Shown: piece after piece, positions 1 to 10,179 of the stretch
Numbering within the stretch: position 1 is the stretch's first letter
How the letters are laid out: every line of letters starts with the position of its first letter
NCBI GenBank assembly: GCA_002269645.1
Contig: NIVC01000211.1
Span: 248,001-312,000, forward strand
Length of the DNA: 64,000 nucleotides
Direction of reading: 5' to 3'
DNA from: Macrostomum lignano
Lineage: Eukaryota
Position numbers and translations under genes: made by a program
The notes under the pieces: generated by a model
The model's input: the letters and a program-made list of their open reading frames with translations, nothing else
Told to the model about the DNA's origin: nothing
Database searches by the model: none

Positions 1-160
1 CGGGATGCAGCACAGGTACAGCATGCGGGATGAAGCACAGGTACAGCATGCGGGATGAAGCACAGGTACAGCATGCGGGATGAAGCACAGGTACAGTATG
101 CAGGATGAAGCACAGGTACAGCATGCGGGATGAAGCACAGGTACAGCATGCGGGATGAAG
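1..160. repeat. 25-bp minisatellite (CATGCGGGATGAAGCACAGGTACAG)n, truncated by window start
   Basis: About 6 tandem units; same unit as 21941-22430 and 58789-59778. Confidence 0.95.
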
Positions 161-916
161 CTCTCTACACGGCCTCCATAGAGTGCCAGTCTCCATCCTG
201 ATTGAACTGCACAGAGAAGCCAAATGATTGAGGTTAATTTTGAGATGAAGTTTGCAAAAAATTATCAAACACTCTTTTATGCTACCAAATAAATGGATTT
301 TCTCGAAGTGTTGGACCCGGGGAAACACCTGCTTGCATATTTTCGAACTAAGTTTCCTTTGCCTATTAATAACTGATGCACGAAGAAAAGGTCCGCTTGA
401 AAGTAGTATCCTTGGGGTTTTTTACTTTTAGCTTTAGCCTTCTATAGATTTAATTATTTTCTAACAAGATCAAACAAACTTTTCTACTTCTACTGAGCCT
501 GGGCAGAGGACTACGAGAATAAAAAAACAAGAAAAAACAGAAGAAATAAAAGTACATTGACCGGAAATTTTAAGACCCACTTTTAGATTCAATCTTTCGT
601 TCTCTTTCTCAGTTTGGTCTGGCTGTCTAGCCTTCCAGCCGTACTTCAAGAAGTCTGACAGTCATTTCAGTTAAAGCATTTCCGGTAAATTTCCAGTAAA
701 ACTCGAGAGCTCCTTGGATTGAAGCTGTGTCTATTCTATAGATATTAAATCCTTTCGTTCCCTGCCGAAATTCTGCAGGATTCCTTCGTGCCTCGACTGC
801 AGGGTTCAAAGAAAAATACATCCAACGATTTTACGTTAAATTAGTAGATTTCTTTGGGGCGACGAGGCCAGATGATACAATATCAGTTATTTCGGCTAGG
901 TTAAGTCAGCCCTCGG

Positions 917-1120
917 CAGTGGCGGATCCAGAGTTTCATTTTGGGGGCGGGGTCCAAGTTTGGGGCGCAAACACGAGTATAAGGGGCGCCAATGTTTAGG
1001 CTGGTGGCGCAAAAAAGCTAGCTTAGGGGCGCAAAAAAGGCATTTGGGGGCGAAAAATCTAGTTTAGGGGGCGCAATATGTTCGGTCACGCTATTTTGGG
1101 GGGCCCTAAATCCGCCCCTG
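917..1120. mobile_element. hAT-type MITE (~204 bp)
   Basis: TIRs CAGTGGCGGAT...ATCCGCCCCTG; 8-bp flanks GCCCTCGG / GCACTCGG (7/8 match, TSD). Confidence 0.8.
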
Positions 1121-1307
1121 GCACTCGGTTGCTAATTTGGCTATCGGTGTTGGGGTGGGCCGCTGCTTCTCTTTCCATCCAGTCGGTTAAATTTTGAGCT
1201 CGCTAGACCTGACCTCACCGCCACTCCCCCAGATTAGCACCACTCCCCCAGATTAGCATTTTTTAATCAGAGATTAGCAGATCTCTAGAAGATTAATAGG
1301 GAGGGCT

Positions 1308-2700
1308 GATTAAGCGCGCCAGGAATAAGCGCGCACGGAAAAATGTTGGAATAAGCGCGCTGCGATATATCAAAATACTGTAATAAGCGCGCATCCATAT
1401 TCCTCGGTACAGGAAAGAGCGCGCAACGTTTTTTAAAAGTCCTGGAATAAGCGCGCACAGATTTTCAACAGACCTAAGATTAAAGTCGAATTTTCGCAGG
1501 GCGATCCTCTTCTGGTATCATGCTCGGCGTCGGACGCAACAGACGTAAAGCGGGAGCAATTTCGTCTGCGGGCAGCAGAGGCAGACCCAGTAGGCTCAGC
1601 ATCCACCTCCTGACTGCGGAGTCGCAACCTCGCCCGATCTGCGATTGGAATCCGCTGAACTTGAATTTCCCGACTACAGCTTGACAGAAGTGGAACCGGC
1701 AACCAGATACTTCTGCTGGAGCGAATGCATTTTCGGAGGAACTCATCAATGCGAGTTCAAAATCAATCACAATTGTCTTTACCGCCGGAGAGGGACAAAG
1801 CACTGCAGAAACGTGTTTCAGCGCGCAGTCGTAGAGCATCTTCGTCTTCCTATTCAGCAAAACATACAGCGTCGGCCAAAAGCTGTCGTTTTTGATAAAA
1901 CCAATAGTGACGAGCTGATAAAAAATTCTCGGCACGGTTTTAAAAGTGCCATCAATGCACCACGTGTCTGCTTGCTTGAGGCGTGGCAGTAGGTCAGGAT
2001 GTCCAAAAAAATTGCAACTCCGCCATCTGCAGACGTAACTGAACCCTGCAAAGCACACACGTCGCCGCAGTGCCGGAATCTCTCTGGTGCATCCATAATG
2101 GCGAGACAGACAGCACCGGCGTCAGCCGGCAGAGGAGGCAGAATTCGGCGGCGCTGTTTGTACAGGGTCGACTCTATCTCTGCAAAGCCGATGGATGCTG
2201 CACCTGACGATCTAGCAGTCTCGTCATCAAAAATGTCTCGAAGAGTGGCACTCGAATCTTCGGCTCTTCTTTTAAGTCTGCTCTTTAAGTGCAGAAGCTC
2301 CAGATGCTGTCCCTCTGCCTCGTGATTGTGGACTGATGTCACACTCAGGCTACCGTCTTGATGCTGCAGTAGGCGACCAGGACAGTGTTTGTCGCAGCAG
2401 CGGAAACCGATTTTGCTTCTATCTCTGCCACTGTCTTTTCGATAGACGAATTCGTCCTTTACAAAAATTTTTGAACCGCGACGGTTTCCTTCTATGCACT
2501 CCATAGCTAGAAGTAACACTGAATAATTTGATCGCAGTGTAATCGGCTTTTAAACGCCGCAATTGAAAGTGTAATTGAAAGTGTAAGTCGGATCAGGCCC
2601 ACAACCTGATTTGCACACTCCATACGCTGGGCTCCACGCGCTGCGCCGAACTATGTAAAATATGTGCGAAAATGCGCGCTTGTTCCTGGTGCGCTTAATC
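1308..2700 (-). mobile_element. Internally deleted Mutator-like (MULE) DNA transposon
   Basis: Imperfect ~28-bp TIRs (GATTAAGCGCGCCAGGAATAAGCGCGCA vs reverse complement of 2673-2700), ATAAGCGCGC subterminal repeats, transposase ORFs inside; no clear TSD. Confidence 0.8.
1480..2504 (-). pseudogene. MULE transposase (FLYWCH-like Zn finger + MULE domain), frameshifted and C-terminally truncated
   Basis: FVYRKD..FRCCDKHCPGR..HNH; WCIDGTFK (first D), IVIDFE (second D), CRFH (CxxH); -1 frameshift in a T7 run at ~2005-2011; region carrying the catalytic E is missing. Confidence 0.85.
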
Positions 2701-4599
2701 TAGCTACCCGATTATATAGTCTCAGCAAAATCATTATCTAAATTTAACTGTTCAAAAATCAATGTGCGACAGTAAAGCATTCAATCTGCATAGATAACAA
2801 TTAATATCACAGGTTAAGAAGTCAGTAAAGAGAGTAAAGATTGGGCATTTAACCCCTCGCTTATTTACGAGTATAGTGAATTTTCCCGATGCAGTCACTG
2901 CAACACTGTCCGCGTTAGCAACTTCTCATGCCTTCCAGACATTGTCGCAATTCCGGCCGATTCCCATGGTCTCCGTCACTCTTGCGACGTCTGGAATGTC
3001 TCAGTGTTCAGAATGTAATTAACATTCTGTAATTAACATCTCCATTTGCACTGCCGTCCTCCAGCGCTTGTGGCTTTTTGTAGAGTGCAGCTGTCCACAA
3101 CTACTGCACTCCACCACGCTCTGATAACAGTGCAATTTGCTAATTCCCTAACCTAAATTCTAAGTCCTATCCCTAATACGTAGTTCCTACGATAGTCCCT
3201 AGATGACAGTCGATTGCCATTGTTATACCAACTTGCTCAGGTGCATGAGCTTTTCGCGGTCCGCCACTGCGAAAAAATTGCTAAAAAATCGACACGCGCT
3301 TGGCGGGTCAGCGAGAGTCGCTTCGCATGAAATAATCGCCACCCAAGCCGGGGGCACGTGACCAAAGCCAGTCGTTCAACACCCAACCAAGCCACACCCG
3401 GTTGAACCAATAAAGCACTCACAGACAGGGTCAATTGAAGTAAATTAAGTTTTAGGATGCTCAAATTCGATTGCGCAACGTACAGTCCAGCAGGCACACC
3501 GATAAAGTCAGCTCAGCTTCTGTCGCAACGGATTTCCGTCGAGTTCGTCGCTCGCAGTCGTCCTGCAGACGGGCATCCCGCTATTCTGCCGACTCAGCCG
3601 ATTGACCTTGAGCGATCTATGTTTTTCTTAGAACGACTAAGATTTAAAAACAGTGTGAATACCATCAATACTGTCTTCCGTGTCACCGTCTGTTTCTCTC
3701 TCGAAATCCGCTAGCGGTAAGAATCCCAGAGCATACTCTTCCCACAGCCGTAACGTCGCCAGCTTTACAACCAAAGATCGCGGTTGGCTGTGTTTTATTA
3801 CATAGTTTGATTTAATTTATTATTTACTTGTACTCTTTCAGCTTGGAGTCGCCGTCCATATATACAAAAAAGTTTTGGAGTTCGATTGTGCAAGTGAGGC
3901 AATAAATCTTAACAGATCTCCAAAAAACGAGTTGCACCGCTCGGGAATGCGGCCTCATCTATTTCATAGGCATTTGGATGTTCCATTCCCTGCCGCCGGT
4001 TGAGTGGTCCGCAATGGCAGGGGATTATGAAAGCTATTATATGAAGATTTTCTCTGGTTCCTACATTAGACTTGCGTGTTTAGACGGGGCGAGGGTAGAT
4101 TTATTTGCATGGTTTTGGGCGCTTTTGCTTTGCATGAGTTGGAGCAATTAGAGGAGGCCATTCTGTGAGCATTTTGTGACTCGGTTCGCACGTCCACCCC
4201 TCGGTTGCTGCGCTTCTCGGGGTCCGCCGCCGGTCTTGGGTGCGCTCGCTCCTCCTCACCCTCCGGCGGACTCCGGCCCGGCCACGTGCTGCGCTCATTA
4301 ATCTTCTGCTGCTGGCTGGCCTCGCCTGTCAAACGCCTCGCCCAAACTCGCCGTCTCGCCTTTTCTTCTGTCTGGAATGGATGGCGGCTGCTGTAGTCTT
4401 GTCACACTCCAGTTGCCTTCCACTGTGGGCCTCTATTGTCTCATTTATTCGCTCTATCTTTCTCATTGTGCCACTATTATACTTGAGCTGGCCTCGCCTC
4501 ACTCTGCGTATTTCTTGGCTTGGCTCGTTTTCTGCGTGGCTCTTTCATATGAATTTGTTAACACCATACAGCGATATACGGAAAGACAGATATACGGAT

Positions 4600-4700
4600 A
4601 TATTGGCATATGGATAATACGGATATGCAGATGCATGGACATCTGGATAATACGGATATGCAGATGCATGGACAACTGGATAATACGGATATGCGAATCC
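4600..4700. repeat. 33-bp tandem repeat (TGGATAATACGGATATGCAGATGCATGGACATC), ~3 copies, upstream of FReD gene
   Basis: Direct tandem copies; also at ~54655-54745. Confidence 0.8.
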
Positions 4701-4808
4701 TCTCAGCGCAGTGTCAGTCGGGTATATATATTCCTAGTCTTGCCGCGGCTCTCATCGCATCGGTCAGAACTCAGTCAAGCACTCTAACAAGCTCAACTTG
4801 CAGCCAAA

Positions 4809-6127
4809 ATGCAGTCCTGGACTCTGCTCATCGCCCTTCTGTTAGGTCTCGCCTGCTGCACGCTTTCTGCAGATTCCAACGGACAGTCGGATTACATGGA
4901 CGTGAGCAGCTTCGCTCGAGTCGGCACCACCACATTCAAAGGATCGAAGTTGGGTGTCTTTGAAATTGATGGCGTTCGCGTTGCCGAGCCGAGAGTTGCT
5001 TTCCAGTCCTCATGCAGTGCCGTGAACTTCAACTGGGGGTACAAGAAGTACCAACTGACTCTGTCGATTCGCATCGATCCCAACACGCTCCGATCGCGCA
5101 AGGGCTCGTCGAAGAAAGTCGGCCGCGTGTCGATCATCGGGCTGAATGTGAAGGCGGACCAAGGCTTGTCCAGCCGACAGTCCGGGCTTTCCGTGATGGC
5201 GAAGGTGAAAAACTCGGGCAGGAGGGCCGACCTCGTCTTTCTGTGCAGCTCGTTCCGCAGGTGCCAGCAACTCAGAAACGAGCTCGTGAGCAACCCGTCG
5301 AACATCGGCCAGGCGCTGCAGTTCGAAGCTCTCGGCAGAGTCGGCAGCATTCCGGTGAGGTTCGGCTTCAGGAGCAGCGCCAACCTGCCGAGGCTGAGCT
5401 GCAACCGGCACCGCTGGATCGTGTTCCAGAGGCGGGTCGACGGCAGCCTCTCGTTCGCTCAGAACTGGGACTCCTATGTGAAGGGATTCGGAAATCCCAG
5501 CTCCAACTACTGGATGGGTGAGTTGAGCAGAAGCGGAAATAACGAGCTTCAGTTATCTGGTGAAAGTAGCATCCAGTCCTATTTTACAAAATTGCAAATT
5601 GCTTTTTACAGTCTCGAAGTAGGAGCTAATTGCAAAAATATTTAACAATAAAGTAGCTTATTCTCTATTTTCACCCACAGGCTTGGACCGGCTGTCCGAG
5701 ATGACGAAAACTGGTGAAAAGAACGGCTTCGCCCTGACTTCTCGGTGCCGGTTGAGAATCGAGGTCCAGAGCTTCAGAGGCGGGAGGTACAACGCCGAGT
5801 TCAGAATGTTCCAAGTGCTCGGTCCTGAGCAGCAGTACCGCCTGCGCGTCGGACTGCAGGTCGGCCGGTCAGAACTGGGCAACTGGTTTCTGTACCACAA
5901 CAATATGAGGTTCAGCACATTCGACCGAGATCACGACACTGACAAGCATTCGTGCTCTCGATTGTACGGCTACGGTGGTTGGTGGTACGGCGGTGTCACT
6001 GGGTGAACCTGAACGGAGCCTACACCACCGACACAAAAATCACTAACGATCCAACGTACATGAGCTTCTACGTGCACGGAAACACGTTCCAATGAGGCGC
6101 AGTCTGATGAAATTCAGGTGCTATTGA
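4809..6127 (+). CDS. Secreted fibrinogen-related domain (FReD) protein, copy 1; exons 4809-5517 and 5681-6127; two 1-nt deletions in exon 2 (pseudogene or sequence error)
   Basis: Signal peptide MQSWTLLIALLLGLACCTLSA; WIVFQRRVDGS..F..NWDSYVKGFG..NYWMG|LDRL; RFSTFDRDHD..C...GGWW; GTGAGT donor and CCCACAG acceptor join in frame; deletions near 5992 and 6079 relative to copy 2. Confidence 0.8.
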
Positions 6128-7440
6128 TCTTCCGCTCGTACTGTTCAGAAGACAGTTCTGACTCTTGACTGCTTATTTTTTATTCAAGATTTCTTGGTAC
6201 ATGGTGCTTTTCTGAATTCGGGTCATAAAATCAATACAATTACTATCTTTTAGCTTCCTCACGTGAGAACAGACTCAAAGTTTCTACAAAGTTGCCAAAG
6301 AGGAAAACGCAAAATAAATATCATTTATTCTTGTGGTTTTTACAATAGCCACACGGTGTTTTAGTGAAGATTTGATTTATGATTGTGAGATGCGATCAAT
6401 GTTAAATATACAGTGAAAAGTTTATCTTTAAAATTCAAAATTTCGATCTTATTTGTTTTTTATTTTGCTCTCTAAACAGTGAAATTGGCCTGTCCCTAGG
6501 CAAAGAATATTAAGATCCATTCATTTAGACGAATTAAACAAAGGGGCTTCAGAGCACCTTCTCCACATTTTAAGAACAAAACAGAAACAGTCTGAATGTG
6601 TCTGTGAGTTCTGGTAGAAGCCAACCTTGGAATGGATAAGAGAATATTCGATGGAGAGTATTTTATTGCTACTCTTCAGTAGGCAAAAGAGCTTGTAGAG
6701 AGTTAAAGAGACAAAGGTTCGATTTGTTTTAGCAAGTGTAGCTTAGCAATCGCTGATTGCTAACAAGCATTCTAAGAGCTGGCAGAAACCTGCACAGGTA
6801 CAAACATCGATAAGTACATTTGCTGAGGTTTGTCGAGTTTTGCTCATTTACTGCGAGATTGTTTTTATGTGCAAAACTCTGGTTGCCTTCAATAAATCTT
6901 AGATTCCATTTTGCCCTCCAAGTTTTTTAAATCTATCGTTTTTGCATATGATTATTGATTCCCTCAATCAGAAATTTGTCCACAGAGGTGGGTGAATGGC
7001 CTGTGCTGAACTCTAAATACGATAATTAAAAATACATCTTCACATATCTTGCAAGGACTTTCGGATATTCTGGGACAGTTGCATAAATTGATGGCTTTTG
7101 ATGTTCGGTAAAGAAAATTTTCAACAGTTTCGTGTCCATGGACGCTTGACTTGCTGTGTTCAAGGACTTCACTGGCCAGGACACAGCAGCTCGAGCTCGA
7201 GTGAAATTCGCTCAGATGCTCAGTGGTTCCGAGGCTGACCCCGTAGCAGTGCATAGCCCTTTCAGACACTTCGAGTCAGCCGATGACAGTCCCAGATTCA
7301 TGCAGTTACTCGAATGGATTTTTCGAGCAAGGCATTGATGAAGCTTCAACTGAACCGACTGCACCAAAAAAACAATTGATTCAGAATTGCTGCACGTTCG
7401 CCAGTTCCGGTGAATGAGAATCCAGAGACATTGCTGCCTG

Positions 7441-8022
7441 GGTTTACCCCCGAGTCGCCGATTCCCGATTCGCCGATTCCTGGTTCGCCGAAATTCCCGA
7501 GTCGCCGATTCCCGATTTGCCGAAATTCCTGATTTGCCGAAATTCTGAATCGCTGCTCTGGAACTTTTTGAACTTTTTTGAAGAAATTACCACTCAGTTA
7601 TTCATGAATAATTTCCATATACAGTAGCTAAACGTTGTTTGAACCGTTTGTTCTAGTTTCAAATTGTTCTAGTTTCTAGTTGCGTTCATTGGTGTATTGA
7701 CGATATGTACGACTGGTATTGACTTATACGATCTATGTAGAACGCAAAGCACACCAGGGAAATGCAAAACAAACTTAGTGACAAACTAGTTTTATTATGA
7801 AAATTATTCATGAATAACTGAGTGGTAATGTCTTTAAAAAAGTTCAAAAAGTTCCAGAGCAGCGATTAAGAATTTCGGCTAATGAGGAATTTCGGCTAAT
7901 GAGGAATTTCGGCAAACAAGGAAATCGGCAAGTGGGGATTCGGCAAATGAGGAATTTCGGCGAATCGGGATTCGGCGTGCTGGGAATCGGCAAATCAGGA
8001 TTCGGCGAATCGGGGGTAAACC
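7441..8022. mobile_element. Foldback MITE (~582 bp) with long internal inverted repeats
   Basis: TIR GGTTTACCCCCGA...TCGGGGGTAAACC; perfect 8-bp TSD GCTGCCTG (7433-7440, 8023-8030); degenerate ATTCGCCGA subterminal repeats; inverted blocks ~7550-7620 / 7795-7870. Confidence 0.9.
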
Positions 8023-8463
8023 GCTGCCTGGTCTTTTCCGGTCGGCAGAGCGGGTGCGGAGTTTAGGAGATTTCTAAAATATTGGCGAAGAATCTCTTTC
8101 GAAAGGTGTCGCTAACGTTCGACAACAAAAGCAGACAGTTTTCACCGAGATGAAAGAAATGTGGAAATCCTGACATTTCTACCGCCGGGGCTGTTGCCCC
8201 CAGGACCCCGGGTCCTGCACGTAATGGCGTGGTGAACTATCTGTGCAGTATGAGACTGGTATGGCCTTTATCCCAGCCAGCGATGCTCACACCTGCCTCC
8301 CCTGGCGGGCCGATAGCTCAAGAGACTCTGTCTCCTGATTTTCACCTTGCAAGGCGCACTTCGAAGGGTACTCGTCCCGTGGGTGTTAAGGCAGGCCCCT
8401 TTGGGCCCTGCCGAGCTGATTCGTTGGCGCCGGGTCCTGGTGTGACCATAAACGCACCCTCTA

Positions 8464-10179
8464 ATGTCCCAGTGTAACTCCGTGCTGATGGACGCTTGGC
8501 CAGGGAGTAGTCTGGTCGCTAACGGTTCCCCTTGCGCTCTTGGGTCCCCCGCAGGGTGGTATTTTGCTTTTTGGGGGCCTGCCGCTTGGTTTGGGGTTGC
8601 GGCCTTGCGGCTCTTTGCCTGTGTTCTGCAGGAAGTCCCACCTTTTTACTTCCAGCCAATGGCTTCTAACCGAAGTAACAAACCGGCTGTGGATGACACA
8701 GTGCCTCCGGCCTCGGCTGGGGCCGTGGACTCCTCGGCCATACCACCTGCTACCATCGGGGACGCCTCGGCGAGACCCGTGGAGCCAACTCTGAGCGGTG
8801 CCTCCAAGAAGACACCTGCTACTCCAGCTGCTAAGCAACGCAGCACCACCTCTGGAGCTGCCCGCCGTCGACTTAACAAGGCGAGGCGGGCCAAGGAGGG
8901 CGGAAGCCAAACCGGTGCCAGGGGCCAACGGCCCGCGGCAGCGGAAGCTTCCCAGTCTGGGGCGGTGGCGGAAGAGGGCCTCGAGCCCACGGAAGCCCCT
9001 ACCCAGGATAGGGAGGCCGATGCAGCCGGGAGGGTGGACAGCCCACCTGAAGAAAGCTCCACTGACCCCCGGGCCTCCTACGCTGATGCGGCAAAGAGGC
9101 AACCGGCGGTTGTCATCCTGGGAAAGGACGCGCGCCTGTCTCCCGATCAGCTGAAGCAGGTGAGAAGTGCCGTTGATGGCCTCCTGTGGAAGCTTACTCT
9201 GAAGGGCACGCCTCTGAACATTCATTCGAATGCGACGAGGGACTCGTGCCTTCTCATTTGGCCCAGTGATGCTGACTCGGGTCGGCGGCTCCTTGAGCTG
9301 CTGCCCGAGCAGAGCTGGGACCTCAACCTAGCCTTCTGCAGAGAGGACGAGCGCCCCCGGACCAAGAGGCATCGAATCTGGGTCCCGGCCAGGAGCGTTG
9401 TTACCTCTGCTGACGAGCTCCGGAAAGGACTGCTAGCAGTCAACCGAGAGCTTCCCGCCGCGGGCCTTGTGGTGCATGACACCCTTAAGCGCACCGACGG
9501 CACTGGCTTTACAGCCATCCTGGGGCTGTCGGACGCCTGGATGAGGCGTTATCCACACGGCAGCTTCATCAACGTCGGCCTTTGGAAGCTGCGCATCCGC
9601 TCCTACGAGGCCGACCCTCCCCGTGGCAGTGAGCAGGGCGGGCGGGATGCGGAGGCGGCCGGGGCCGAGGCGCAAGCCTCTGCTCAGACTGCCAAAGCAA
9701 ACCGCCCTGCCCGGCAGCACGGCCGCGCGGGCAAAGCTGAGCGCGCTGCTGAGGGCGGAGGCGACCGACGCCCGGCGCGCAGCACCAAGCGGCGCGGCCT
9801 GTACCAGCGTGCAGCTGAGGCAGTCCGTACCGCCAAAATCGCCCAGCTGAGGCGAGAGGTCGCCGGGACGCCTAGGCGCACCAGTTCGTCCAGGGAGGGT
9901 GGGGACGTCCCAGCTGGGCCCAACCCCTCGGGGCAGGGCCGACTGGAGACGGACCCGCCTGCCCAGGCGGCTGGCTGCTCCAGGGCATTGGGCCAATCTG
10001 ACGCGGAGGACCCCATGGATGGTGGGCAAAGGGCGGCGAACGCTGCCTACTGCCTTCCAGCCAATCGGGGGCCTTTTGCTGAAGAAGAGCCCATGGATAC
10101 CGGCGACCCCGACCCGAAGCCGGTGAGCGCCGAGGAGGAGGAGGAACTCCTGGCGGCTGCAACATCCGATCTGCAATGA
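8464..10179 (+). CDS. Retrotransposon ORF1 (571 aa; low-complexity flanks, central domain resembling LOA/R1 ORF1, DUF4780-like)
   Basis: Long ORF preceding ORF2; RHRIWVP...LLAVNRELP...LGLSD...INVGLWKLRI segment; domain call by eye. Confidence 0.75.
   Translation: MSQCNSVLMDAWPGSSLVANGSPCALGSPAGWYFAFWGPAAWFGVAALRLFACVLQEVPPFYFQPMASNRSNKPAVDDTVPPASAGAVDSSAIPPATIGDASARPVEPTLSGASKKTPATPAAKQRSTTSGAARRRLNKARRAKEGGSQTGARGQRPAAAEASQSGAVAEEGLEPTEAPTQDREADAAGRVDSPPEESSTDPRASYADAAKRQPAVVILGKDARLSPDQLKQVRSAVDGLLWKLTLKGTPLNIHSNATRDSCLLIWPSDADSGRRLLELLPEQSWDLNLAFCREDERPRTKRHRIWVPARSVVTSADELRKGLLAVNRELPAAGLVVHDTLKRTDGTGFTAILGLSDAWMRRYPHGSFINVGLWKLRIRSYEADPPRGSEQGGRDAEAAGAEAQASAQTAKANRPARQHGRAGKAERAAEGGGDRRPARSTKRRGLYQRAAEAVRTAKIAQLRREVAGTPRRTSSSREGGDVPAGPNPSGQGRLETDPPAQAAGCSRALGQSDAEDPMDGGQRAANAAYCLPANRGPFAEEEPMDTGDPDPKPVSAEEEEELLAAATSDLQ

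Larger units (their letters stand above)
1..4220. repeat. Segmental duplication block A, copy 1 (paired with ~59620-64000)
   Basis: Near-identical sequence at offset ~59650 (e.g. ORF 1433..1702 vs 61083..61352), with a few small indels. Confidence 0.95.

Noticed and set aside
4240-4617. ORF with LLLLAGLAC resembling the FReD signal peptide (also 54290-54601)
   Set aside because: GTG start, no downstream domain, and not frame-conserved between copies; at most a decayed partial duplicate
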